From positions 3,366,349 to 3,398,348 of the forward strand of contig NZ_CP029487.1 in assembly GCF_002441855.2 (NCBI RefSeq): a stretch of DNA of 32,000 nt, given 5' to 3'. Each line of letters opens with the position of its first letter. The first letter of the stretch is position 1. The notes below the pieces were generated by a model. It did no database searches and had not been told where the DNA came from. It worked only from the letters and a program-made list of their open reading frames with translations. This document shows, piece after piece, positions 1-8,104 of this stretch. The position numbers and the translations under genes were made by a program. This DNA is from Eubacterium maltosivorans (GTDB lineage: Bacteria > Bacillota > Clostridia > Eubacteriales > Eubacteriaceae).

Positions 1-191
1 CCATGCTCTAACCATTCTAAATTAATATTAAAAAGTGTACAGATAGATTTTTTCATCTGATCTGTAACGCCGCGCTGTCCACTCTCTATTCTTGAAATCG
101 CGGCATCTGTAACGCCCAGCTTTTCACCAAAGTCCTTTTGTTTCAAACCTTGGTCTTTTCGGATTAGCCTGATTCTTTCTCTAATATCCAT
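1..191 (-). CDS. XRE/Cro-CI family helix-turn-helix repressor (N-terminal part only; the gene runs off the left edge)
   Basis: The reverse complement of 1-191 reads MDIRERIRLIRKDQGLKQKDFGEKLGVTDAAISRIESGQRGVTDQMKKSICTLFNINLEWLEH. This is the classic HTH_3 pattern (LGVT..AISRIESG). GGAGG (rc of 198-202) lies 6 nt upstream of the ATG (rc of 189-191). It is absent from the ORF track because it is open to the window edge. Confidence 0.8.
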   Translation of the reverse strand, partial: MDIRERIRLIRKDQGLKQKDFGEKLGVTDAAISRIESGQRGVTDQMKKSICTLFNINLEWLEH

Positions 192-218
192 CTTAAACCT
201 CCATCAACTTATGAAACC

Positions 219-247
219 ATCATACAACATAAAACTACCATTGTCAA
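219..247 (-). promoter_or_regulatory. Sigma-70-type promoter for the XRE gene
   Basis: Minus strand: TTGACA (rc of 242-247), a 17-nt spacer, then TATGAT (rc of 219-224). It sits just upstream of the XRE Shine-Dalgarno sequence. Confidence 0.5.
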
Positions 248-264
248 GTGTATATAAAATTTGA

Positions 265-293
265 TTGACACTCTACCTTTGGCGGTGTAAAAT
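265..293 (+). promoter_or_regulatory. Sigma-70-type promoter for the rightward (xis-like) transcript
   Basis: TTGACA at 265-270, a 17-nt spacer, then TAAAAT at 288-293. Its -35 hexamer and the -35 of the leftward promoter form an inverted repeat (TGTCAA at 242-247, TTGACA at 265-270) separated by 17 bp. Confidence 0.5.
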
Positions 294-343
294 CAAAAAC
301 AAGAAAGAGAATAATTACCTATGGTAAAAGGAGGGGAAACAAG

Positions 344-523
344 ATGTTAAAACAAAGAACTATGAAAGAAGAACGTATTGAGGCAATCATTACCAAAATG
401 ATGCGGTTGCCGGAACCTTTATTAGAGCAAATTGAAATTTTTATAATGGCAGTAGATATGGTAGAGACCGCCCGATTAAGGGCAGAAAAAAAGGTTTTAC
501 TACAGGAGCGTAAAGAAAAATGA
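344..523 (+). CDS. Small hypothetical protein (59 aa), first gene of the rightward operon
   Basis: Below the ORF-track cut-off. Translation: MLKQRTMKEERIEAIITKMMRLPEPLLEQIEIFIMAVDMVETARLRAEKKVLLQERKEK. AGGAGG at 329-334 lies 9 nt upstream of the ATG. Its TGA overlaps the ATG of the next gene (ATGA at 520-523), which suggests translational coupling. Confidence 0.55.
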   Translation: MLKQRTMKEERIEAIITKMMRLPEPLLEQIEIFIMAVDMVETARLRAEKKVLLQERKEK

Positions 524-744
524 CTCTACACGAAACACTGACAACAGAGGAAGCCTGTGACTTTTTAAAATGCAGCCGCTCGATGATTTACTATTATATT
601 AAACATGATAAGAAATTTCAATTTACTTATTACCAAGAAAAACGTAAAGGACGCCTGTTTTTTCTGCCAGATCAGTTAAGGCAATGGCAGAAAGAAAAAG
701 CTAACGAGCATGGAGAAAAAACAAAATGCGCTGTTGATTCCTGA
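520..744 (+). CDS. Excisionase/MerR-like helix-turn-helix DNA-binding protein (Xis-like)
   Basis: LTTEEACDFLKCSRSMIYYYIKHDK matches the HTH_17 excisionase-type motif. The protein is small (74 aa) and sits downstream of an XRE-divergent promoter, like xis in ICEBs1-type switches. Confidence 0.7.
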   Translation: MTLHETLTTEEACDFLKCSRSMIYYYIKHDKKFQFTYYQEKRKGRLFFLPDQLRQWQKEKANEHGEKTKCAVDS

Positions 745-750
745 AAGAAT

Positions 751-774
751 AAAGGAGCGGAGAACCGCTCCTTT
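751..774 (+). terminator. Stem-loop after the xis-like gene
   Basis: AAAGGAGCGG (751-760), loop AGAA, CCGCTCCTTT (765-774): a perfect 10-bp stem. The downstream U-tract is poor, so termination efficiency is uncertain. Confidence 0.4.
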
Positions 775-1250
775 AAGATAAGATAACCGATATAAACATG
801 GAAAAATATGTTAGTCAGAAAACTCCTGGACAATCCAGGGATCGCCGGTGCAATTCCGACTTTTTCCCTTCATTACTCGGTATTCTTACGTCGCAAACAA
901 AGTATACCATAAAGAAAGAACTTTTTCATTAATAAGTGTAGTGAAGAAGGTCTTTGAAAATTTAATACAAATTGTTGGAGAAACGCCTTTCAGTCAGGCA
1001 GATTTTATCTGTATATTGGTTTATTAGCGAATGGGGTTCAGGAAATATTTATGTATTTCCATCTTGAAATGATAAAGTCAAGAACGCGATGACTGGCTGT
1101 TAGGTAGTACTCGGCAACCGATGACTGCACTGTTTGTTTGAAAAGAACGAATAGATAAGGCATGATAGGTTGACCTGTCTGGAAGGTGGGTAGCATGAAG
1201 CTTCGGGATGTTTTATCAGCATGTTTCAACAATTTATATTTATAAAAGAA

Positions 1251-1295
1251 AATTTAGCAAAGTAAATTAAGGGCATTTGTTTATTTTGCTAAATT
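1251..1295. repeat. 11-bp perfect inverted repeat upstream of the Toprim gene
   Basis: AATTTAGCAAA (1251-1261) and TTTGCTAAATT (1285-1295) are separated by 23 nt. The repeat ends about 57 nt before the ATG at 1353. Confidence 0.6.
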
Positions 1296-1352
1296 GTCCA
1301 TGAACAATGAAAAACAAATAGCTTATTTCTTATTATAATACTGGAGGAGAAT

Positions 1353-2336
1353 ATGTTTACAGATGACCAAATTCATCTTGCAAATGATGTGAATATCATC
1401 GACTATATGGAATACCGCGGTCTTGACCTCAAACGCACCAACCGCCGGGTCAAAGTAAAAGGCTGGAACGGCCTTGATGTCACACCCGACGGGCGCAAAT
1501 GGAAAGACTTTGCATCCGGTCAGGGAGGGTACATTATTCAGTTTGTCGCTTGGCTCAACGCTTACAGCTGGAAAGAAGCCGTTCAGGAGCTGCTGGATTT
1601 CAGCCATCACACCCCACCCGCCCATCGGCCCATCCCGCAGACAGAGCCACCGCCGTCAAAACCTTTTTGTCTGCCGCCCAAAGCCAAAAGTTACCGGAAT
1701 CTCTTTGCCTATCTGTTAAAAACCCGCAAGCTTGATTCAGAAATTGTTCAATACTGTGTCGATCAAAAGCTCATCTATCAGGATGAACGCTGTAATTGCG
1801 TGTTTGTAGGATATGACGATAACGGAGAACCCGCATCCGCTTTTCTGCGCGGGAGCAACGAATACGCTCCTTTTAAAATGCTCGTTGAAGGAAGCCAAGC
1901 CGAATACGGCTTTACTTTACCCGGAACCAATTCGCGGCTTTTTATCTTTGAATCGCCCATCGACTCGCTTTCCTATATGACCCTCAAAAATATCCGTAAT
2001 CCGCTTTACTTTGACAACCGCCGAGATCACTGTCTTTCTTGCAATGGCCTGAAATACCTTCCGATTTTGCACTACCTGTCAACACATCATGAAATCAGTC
2101 AAGTTGTGTTCGGTGTGGACAATGACCCGGTCAATGCATATGGCAACCGTCCCGGTCAGGATTTTATTAAGAGTGCCACGCAGGAAATCATGGAAGCTTT
2201 TCCAGACCGATTCACAACATCAAAACAATTCATCGCAGATTTACCGAGACAAAAAGACTGGAATCAGGAACTTGTCACATTTAGAAAAAGTCAAGAACAC
2301 AAAAAATCAAAAAATGGACGGCAGTCATGCCGCTGA
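1353..2336 (+). CDS. DUF3991/Toprim domain protein (primase-like conjugative element protein)
   Basis: GGAGGAG precedes the ATG. The Toprim acidic motifs are present (LFIFESPIDSLS and VVFGVDNDP). The central region resembles DUF3991 (KLDSEIVQYCVDQKLIYQDERCNCVFVGYDDNG). Confidence 0.75.
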   Translation: MFTDDQIHLANDVNIIDYMEYRGLDLKRTNRRVKVKGWNGLDVTPDGRKWKDFASGQGGYIIQFVAWLNAYSWKEAVQELLDFSHHTPPAHRPIPQTEPPPSKPFCLPPKAKSYRNLFAYLLKTRKLDSEIVQYCVDQKLIYQDERCNCVFVGYDDNGEPASAFLRGSNEYAPFKMLVEGSQAEYGFTLPGTNSRLFIFESPIDSLSYMTLKNIRNPLYFDNRRDHCLSCNGLKYLPILHYLSTHHEISQVVFGVDNDPVNAYGNRPGQDFIKSATQEIMEAFPDRFTTSKQFIADLPRQKDWNQELVTFRKSQEHKKSKNGRQSCR

Positions 2337-2337
2337 G

Positions 2338-2376
2338 AGCAGCTGATCAATTCAAATTGAAAGCTGCTTTTTCTTT
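2338..2376 (+). terminator. Rho-independent terminator after the Toprim gene
   Basis: AGCAGCT (2338-2344) pairs with AGCTGCT (2362-2368) across a 17-nt loop, followed by TTTTTCTTT. Confidence 0.55.
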
Positions 2377-2477
2377 ACCCAAAAACAGAAAACAAACGCC
2401 ATAAGGCGGTTGAGATAGATATTTTTACAAAGGAGGTTTAAACGTGAAAGAACAAAATTGTAAAAGGAGGAATCAGC

Positions 2478-4523
2478 ATGACACACCGATTTAAACAGGC
2501 TTCCGTTTTGCTCATGGCCTTGCTGATGTTGTTTTATGGCTGCGGCTTCAAAGCAGAGGTTTTGGCAAACACAGCGACGGAAAATTCACCGGAGATCACA
2601 GAGCCAACTGCTCAAACCGATCCGGCATTCACCGGAGAAATTGAGGATACCAAGAAAAAAAGTCCCGAGCTTGATCCCGGGGAACAAGCGATTCTGGATG
2701 CAAATGGCATTACCGCCACCGAGGATACCGGAAAGATGGATGCTTCCGGCAACTACATTCTCGGGGAAACCGCAAGCGGTGGGACCGTGACCTGTTCTAC
2801 GAGTCTCAGGACATTGGCGAGCCGAAGCTTTGGGGATGAACCCTGCTACAAAAAATTTCAGCGTGCTGCAGGCTGGGATGATGGCGTGATCTACAGCAGT
2901 GATTTTGCCAGTCCCGACGGAAGCGACATCATTACCACCACCACACCCATTTTGAGAATCAGTGATAACGGCGTAGATCAAATCGCGTATTGTGCCGATC
3001 CATCCCTCAACATTCCCTCAGAAGTGGTCGGCCCCAACGGTCTGGTCACCTATAACCGGGAAAGCTGGAACGTGCAGAGCGGACGTATTCGAAACGTCAT
3101 GTGGCACGGCTATCATGATGGAAACAGCGGGGAATACTATGTTCAGACCTGGGCAGCCATCCGCGTCATTGCAGGCATCGGCGCTTATACCGATTACTAT
3201 ATGACCGATCCAACCGTTGCCAATCTTGTAAACACTCTCAGCTATCAAAATCCCAATAACTGGGATGCCAGCTGGAGCATTGTCCCGGAACGGGAGGAAG
3301 CGGTCTGGAACGCGAGTACCAAGCGGCAGGAAACCGGTTGGTTTCAGACCTACTGTAACAATATTGCCGATCATGGCACTTATACGGTCACGTTGCCAAG
3401 TGGTGTCCATGCGCTGCTGCGAAATACCAGCGGACAGGTTTACAGCGATGTGACCGATCAGTTTACCATCTACGATGACGACGACTTTATGTTGTACGCA
3501 GACGGCAGCTATCAAGGAGAAGTCAGCGCAAATATTACGCCGACAACCATCAAACGCCACAGCTCTGATGCTGGAAATCCAGATGCCTGCGTCATTTACG
3601 CGCCGGACGTCCCGGACACCCAGAGACTTTTCGTCTCCCTTGCCGTCGGTCAGAGTCCGTTAAGCAGCGGCTTCCGGGCAAATTTCACCGGAGCCACCGG
3701 AGACGCGCAATTACAGAAAACAGATAACCGCACCAAAGAAAAACTGGCCGGGGCGACCTTTGGTCTGTACGATATGAAAGATAACCTTTTGAAGCAGGGC
3801 ATCACCGACGAGAACGGGCAGTGGAACGTGACCGACTTAGTTTTTGGAGACTACTATTTCAAAGAAATCGCTGCGCCAAAAGGCTATGAGCTGAATCCGG
3901 CAAAGCTGCCGTTCACGGTTGACGGTATCCGGGATATGGTGACGGTGGTGATGGCAAACGAGCCGAAGAAAGGCCCCTTCCAGTTTATCAAGCAGGATGC
4001 CGAAACCAGAGAACCCCTTAAAGGCGTGACCTTTGTACTGTATGGCTGTGATGAAAAGCATCCGCATAACGACCTGCAGGATGACAAGATTAAATCCTGC
4101 TGGCAGACCATTGTCGGTACCCGGATCAGCGGGACAGACGGAAAAATCGACTTTGGCAATCTCTACGCCGGAGAATACCAGCTGGTGGAAACCAAGACCG
4201 TTCCCGGATACGCCAAGCCCATGGGGCAGTGGCGTGTGACCATTGATCCAGAAGCAGTTGAAACCGTAAAGATCACCGCCAAAGGCACCGCCCCGGCATT
4301 TGTGAAAGACGGCAATGCTCTGAAAGTCGATAACCAGAAAAACGACAAGCTGCCCTTCACAGGCGGAAACGGCGATCACCGTGCCGCACTGATGCTGGCC
4401 GGGATGGTGTTCTTCCTTGCGGCGGGCATTTTAGCTTTAATCCTTAAAAAGAGAAATCTTAAAAATCCAAAAGAAAGCAGCGAAAAGATAGAAAGGAAAG
4501 AAGAAAATGAATCTGAAAAATAA
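2478..4523 (+). CDS. LPXTG-anchored surface adhesin / minor (tip) pilin with CnaB/SpaA-type repeats
   Basis: N-terminal signal peptide. Two C-terminal CnaB/SpaA-like repeats (GATFGLYD...GDYYFKEIAAPKGYEL and GVTFVLYG...GEYQLVETKTVPGYAK). LPFTG sorting motif followed by a hydrophobic segment and a charged tail. AAGGAGG lies 7 nt upstream of the ATG. Confidence 0.85.
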   Translation: MTHRFKQASVLLMALLMLFYGCGFKAEVLANTATENSPEITEPTAQTDPAFTGEIEDTKKKSPELDPGEQAILDANGITATEDTGKMDASGNYILGETASGGTVTCSTSLRTLASRSFGDEPCYKKFQRAAGWDDGVIYSSDFASPDGSDIITTTTPILRISDNGVDQIAYCADPSLNIPSEVVGPNGLVTYNRESWNVQSGRIRNVMWHGYHDGNSGEYYVQTWAAIRVIAGIGAYTDYYMTDPTVANLVNTLSYQNPNNWDASWSIVPEREEAVWNASTKRQETGWFQTYCNNIADHGTYTVTLPSGVHALLRNTSGQVYSDVTDQFTIYDDDDFMLYADGSYQGEVSANITPTTIKRHSSDAGNPDACVIYAPDVPDTQRLFVSLAVGQSPLSSGFRANFTGATGDAQLQKTDNRTKEKLAGATFGLYDMKDNLLKQGITDENGQWNVTDLVFGDYYFKEIAAPKGYELNPAKLPFTVDGIRDMVTVVMANEPKKGPFQFIKQDAETREPLKGVTFVLYGCDEKHPHNDLQDDKIKSCWQTIVGTRISGTDGKIDFGNLYAGEYQLVETKTVPGYAKPMGQWRVTIDPEAVETVKITAKGTAPAFVKDGNALKVDNQKNDKLPFTGGNGDHRAALMLAGMVFFLAAGILALILKKRNLKNPKESSEKIERKEENESEK

Positions 4524-6021
4524 CCCATTGTTCAAGAAAATCGGCGGCCTTGCTTTAAGCATTGCCATTTTATGCACAAGCTGCGGCCCCGCTTTTGCCG
4601 CCACCGGATCACCGGATACCAGTGCAACGCGGAGCCTGACCATCCATAAATACCGGATGGAGGACATTACAAAGGCCACCACCGAAGGAACCGGTCAGCA
4701 GACCGATGTTGTTCCAGCCGATGCGGTTCCGCTTCCGGGCATCGCGTTTAAAGTGACCAAGATGCAGGATACCGACAATACCAAAGTGGATACCACCTGG
4801 AACATCCAGACCGTCACCACCGGAGCCGACGGTTCGGTCACCATCAGCGGCAACAGTAACCTGCCCATGGGGGTCTACAAGGTAGAAGAACAAACCAATC
4901 CAGCGGTAGCCGTCAAAGCCGACCCGTGTCTGGTATCCGTACCCCTCACCAACCCTGCGGGCGACGGCTGGATTTACAACGTCCACGTATTCCCCAAAAA
5001 CCAGATCAAGCACGGCCCGGACATCGACAAGTTTGTGACCGAGCTGGAAAACAAACACGATACCGCGGACATCAGCGAAAGCGTGAAGTGGATTATCGAA
5101 ACCACACTGCCGGATGATGTGGCGACCTGTAAGAACTACACCATAACAGACAGCATCGACACCCGATTAGATTTTGTTCCGGGCAGTGTCAAGGTCTACC
5201 GTGTCGATACCGATAAAAAACGTGTGCTCATGACACCGGACAGCTACACGGTCACAGAACCAAGTACGGCCAACAGCCGAACCTTAACCGTGTCGCTGAC
5301 AGATGCCGGCAAAAAAACAGCGGCCAAGTCACTGCCAAATGCCAAAGATAAAAACGCCACCCTCAACATTGAATTCAAAACCGTCATAAACAAAACCGCC
5401 GAGGGCAGCTTAGGTAAGCCAATCCCCAACGGCGCGACCATCCATTATACCAACAACTTAGACATTTTCTTTGAACCACAAACCGTTCCCGATGACAAAA
5501 AGCCCGAAGTACATACCGGAGGAATCAACCTTTTAAAGGTGGACGCAGACGACAACGCCCTTAAGCTTCAAGAAGCCAAATTTAAAATATACCGAACCGA
5601 AGCCGACGCGAAGAAAAACATCAACGCCGTCAAAGACCCGCAAGACAACCATATCGACTGGGAAGTGACCACCGACGCAAGCGGCATTGCCCATTTCTGG
5701 GGCCTTGCCTATGGACAGAAAGGGCAGGATACTTATTATGGCGACAGCACGCATTACTGGGTGGTTGAGACACTGGCCCCGGTAGATGGCGAAGGGAAAC
5801 CCTACAATCTACTGAAATACCCTGTAAAGGTGACCGTCAATTCAAACAGCCATGCCGAAGCCAACAAGATTATTGTGGAAAACATCAAGCATTACGACCT
5901 CCCCTACACAGGCGGTACCGGCAGTTTAACACCTCTTTATATGGGCGCGGCATTGATTCTCATGGCAGCCGGGATGAGTATTCTTTTCATCCGGAGCAAG
6001 CGAAACACAGGGGACAAATAG
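4507..6021 (+). CDS. Backbone (major) pilin, LPXTG-anchored
   Basis: Signal peptide. Pilin-motif-like WIYNVHVFPKN (compare WxxxVxVYPKN). E-box-like YWVVETLAPVDG. LPYTG followed by a TM segment and a KR tail. Its start overlaps the end of the adhesin gene. Confidence 0.8.
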   Translation: MNLKNNPLFKKIGGLALSIAILCTSCGPAFAATGSPDTSATRSLTIHKYRMEDITKATTEGTGQQTDVVPADAVPLPGIAFKVTKMQDTDNTKVDTTWNIQTVTTGADGSVTISGNSNLPMGVYKVEEQTNPAVAVKADPCLVSVPLTNPAGDGWIYNVHVFPKNQIKHGPDIDKFVTELENKHDTADISESVKWIIETTLPDDVATCKNYTITDSIDTRLDFVPGSVKVYRVDTDKKRVLMTPDSYTVTEPSTANSRTLTVSLTDAGKKTAAKSLPNAKDKNATLNIEFKTVINKTAEGSLGKPIPNGATIHYTNNLDIFFEPQTVPDDKKPEVHTGGINLLKVDADDNALKLQEAKFKIYRTEADAKKNINAVKDPQDNHIDWEVTTDASGIAHFWGLAYGQKGQDTYYGDSTHYWVVETLAPVDGEGKPYNLLKYPVKVTVNSNSHAEANKIIVENIKHYDLPYTGGTGSLTPLYMGAALILMAAGMSILFIRSKRNTGDK

Positions 6022-6040
6022 GCGAAAGGGGAAGCTGGAA

Positions 6041-6856
6041 ATGAAAAACAAAGCAATGCTGCTGCTGATCATTGTTCTGGTCAGTGCGGGGCTTGGCTGC
6101 ATCCTTTATCCGGATATGGTTTATCTTCTGGCTTCCCAAAAACAGGGACAGGTGATTCAGGATTATCAAATGACGACAGAGGAGATGAACAAACAGCGCA
6201 TGGAGGAAGCCTATCAAAAAGCTATTAGCTACAATGAAAGACGGATCAATCCAATCATTGGAGATCCTTTTTCAGAGGATATACAAGAAGAATCAGCGGA
6301 TTACACAGAGATTCTTAATGTTAACGGGACAATGGGAGTGATCGAGATACCAAAAATAAAGGTGAATCTGCCCATCTATCACGGCACATCCGAATCCGTG
6401 CTTTCGAGAGGAGTGGGGCATCTGAAAAACACCGCCCTGCCCGTCGGCGGCACCGGGACACACGCCGTGCTGACCGGACACCGGGGCTATGCAGGCGCAA
6501 AGCTGTTTACCGATTTAGATCAGTTGGTCATGGGGGATCGCTTTTATCTGCACGTCCTTGATAAGACTTTAACCTATGAAGTGGATCAGATTCTGGTGGT
6601 CACACCCGACCAGACCGAAGCCTTAAAACCCGTCGAAGGAGAGGACTTTGTAACCCTGCTGACCTGCACCCCGTACCAGATCAACAGCCACCGGCTGCTG
6701 GTGCGCGGCAAACGAATCAAAGCACTTCCCGCAGAAGTGAAGCCTGAGACGATGGAAGAACCGACACCTGTTAAGGAACTGCTTTTTTCCTTTGTATCTC
6801 TGGTAGGAATTGCAGCAGGTATCTGGTATTTGAAAAGGAGGAAGAAACGTGAATGA
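6041..6856 (+). CDS. srtC: Class C (pilus-polymerising) sortase
   Basis: N-terminal TM segment, DPF lid motif (IGDPFSED), LTGHRG, catalytic TLLTCTP, and a C-terminal TM segment plus KRRKKRE tail typical of class C sortases. Confidence 0.9.
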   Translation: MKNKAMLLLIIVLVSAGLGCILYPDMVYLLASQKQGQVIQDYQMTTEEMNKQRMEEAYQKAISYNERRINPIIGDPFSEDIQEESADYTEILNVNGTMGVIEIPKIKVNLPIYHGTSESVLSRGVGHLKNTALPVGGTGTHAVLTGHRGYAGAKLFTDLDQLVMGDRFYLHVLDKTLTYEVDQILVVTPDQTEALKPVEGEDFVTLLTCTPYQINSHRLLVRGKRIKALPAEVKPETMEEPTPVKELLFSFVSLVGIAAGIWYLKRRKKRE

Positions 6857-7163
6857 ATGGGATTTAGGTGCCATGCTGACACTAACCGGGATGCTGACTT
6901 TCGGTTTGATCCTGTTATGGAGCATCCGAAAGCGAGAGAAAAAATGCCGAAGCTATCCGCCGTGGCTGGCGGTGCAGATTGTGAGTATCTTAATCCTGCT
7001 CGTATGTGTGCCAGTTTATCTGATGTTTAGTAGCGGTTATTCTGTTGCCCGAATATTTTCCACATCGTTGATCCTTGCGACTGCAATCATTGGTTTGGAA
7101 CGGGCTGTTTCCAAGCTACAACGGCATTACTTTCACTGGAAAGACAGAAAGGGAGCGTTTTAA
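6849..7163 (+). CDS. Small integral membrane protein of unknown function (pilus cassette)
   Basis: GTG start overlapping the sortase stop codon. Three predicted hydrophobic helices. Composition matches the cassette. Confidence 0.55.
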   Translation: MNEWDLGAMLTLTGMLTFGLILLWSIRKREKKCRSYPPWLAVQIVSILILLVCVPVYLMFSSGYSVARIFSTSLILATAIIGLERAVSKLQRHYFHWKDRKGAF

Positions 7164-7280
7164 AAGGATAAAACAGATCAATCGTATTATTGAGTTTGTC
7201 GAAATCGAGAACCGTGACAATTTGTCACAGTTTGTTGTATGGTTGGTTAAAAAGCGTTATATCATTAAGGTGAACAAAAA

Positions 7281-7304
7281 AGTCGCCTGAAAAATCAGAC
7301 GGCT
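7281..7304 (+). terminator. Possible terminator at the end of the pilus cassette
   Basis: AGTCGCCTGA, loop AAAA, TCAGACGGCT: a 10-bp stem with one mismatch and one G-U pair. Only a weak T/A-rich tract follows. Confidence 0.35.
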
Positions 7305-7421
7305 TATATATATACAGCAGATAATCGGCAGGGCGGCGTATCCTGCATCTCAGGTACTCCAAAGAGTGTGTTGGGAGCCATTTCCAACCTCAACTACCTG
7401 CTGGTATAATCTATGTACCCT

Positions 7422-7853
7422 TTATTCTTTTATACTTTCATTATAAGGCTTTTCAAAGGAGGCGTCAAGGTCTAGGGATAAAGAGCAGACAGGTTTAAGT
7501 CGACCGCTGTTTAAATGTTTTTTTAGCTTTCCATCACTGATGGCATACAAAGAAGCAATGAACAGATAATCATTTTTCAGATCAAGTTTAATTGCAACCA
7601 TAATGTTAGCATCATAATGTTTTACAATTTCAATGCTGTTGGGCTCTTTTGGATTTTTACCAATATAATCCGGAAACTCAAGCATTTCAGAAATATGGGG
7701 CAAGTAAGCGAGACAATCAGGATGCCTTTTTTCAATATGAACGCGAAGTCCCTTTGACTGGTAAATCGGCCCGCATGGTAAATTGGACTGTGTGACAAGG
7801 TTAAATTCTGGTAGATATTCACCTACTTTTATCATTTTGTTGAAATCAACCAT
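7422..7853 (-). CDS. PBECR-family (phage-Barnase-EndoU-ColicinE5/D-RelE-like) putative nuclease
   Basis: IYQSKGLRVHIEKRHPDCLAYLPHISEMLEFPDYIGKNPKEPNSIEIVKHYDANIMVAIKLD resembles the PBECR3/4 pattern as I remember it (...HI.KRHP...I..PDYIG.NPKEPNSIE.VK...VAIKLD). The preferred start is the ATG at 7853, with GAGG 6 nt upstream. The track instead starts at the GTG at 7865. Confidence 0.55.
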   Translation of the reverse strand: MVDFNKMIKVGEYLPEFNLVTQSNLPCGPIYQSKGLRVHIEKRHPDCLAYLPHISEMLEFPDYIGKNPKEPNSIEIVKHYDANIMVAIKLDLKNDYLFIASLYAISDGKLKKHLNSGRLKPVCSLSLDLDASFEKPYNESIKE

Positions 7854-8073
7854 ATGCCGCCTCACTTGTTTACAAGAATAAGAACATTATACTAAAAATT
7901 GCATAGAAAAGCAAAAGAAGCAAGCGTACGAATTTGGCGTACAATTCAAGGCTGTATGCAGAAGGAGAGAGAGAAAGTAGCCCAAAAATCAGACATGAAC
8001 AGCTCAATTTTTAATAGCATTTACAGACAAAAACGGGAATACACAATCAGTATTCTCTTTTTTATTACGGCCC

Positions 8074-8104
8074 GCCGCTCAAAAACCATTGAGCGGCTTT
8101 TTTT
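8074..8104 (+). terminator. Strong rho-independent terminator immediately upstream of the parA RBS
   Basis: GCCGCTCAA (8074-8082), loop AAACCA, TTGAGCGGC (8089-8097): a perfect 9-bp stem followed by TTTTTTT (8098-8104). The parA SD AGGAGG begins at 8109. Confidence 0.75.

Noticed and set aside
815-880. tRNA-like fragment or att remnant (CTCCTGGACAATCCAGGGATCGCCGGTGCAATTCCGAC)
   Set aside because: It has only a 6-bp hairpin and a poor T-arm mimic (3-bp stem, no GTTCGAATC-type loop). There is no acceptor stem or CCA context and no matching copy near the right junction.
1038-1232. 64-aa minus-strand ORF in the spacer upstream of the Toprim gene
   Set aside because: It has a TTG start with no SD (the upstream sequence is TTCTTTTATAAATATAAA) and an odd composition. 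The region is better treated as non-coding.
2950-3170. Possible thioester (TQxA-type) adhesin domain: IAYCADP at about residue 172 and YVQTWAAI at about residue 223
   Set aside because: The Cys and Gln are only about 51 residues apart, whereas characterised thioester domains have roughly 150 residues between them. The Gln motif is also only loosely TQxA(I/V)W-like. This is not supportable without a structure or profile search.
2586-4379. Long antisense or alternative-frame ORFs inside the adhesin gene (for example 2586..2981-, 3018..3560-, 3837..4379-, 3884..4159-)
   Set aside because: They lie entirely within a gene that has a signal peptide, CnaB repeats and LPXTG. They have no SD, and their Gly/Arg/Pro-skewed composition is typical of shadow frames in GC-rich coding DNA.
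7075-7290. 71-aa ORF overlapping the end of the small membrane-protein gene
   Set aside because: It starts inside the preceding gene in another frame without an SD. Beyond that gene's stop it has no usable start codon.
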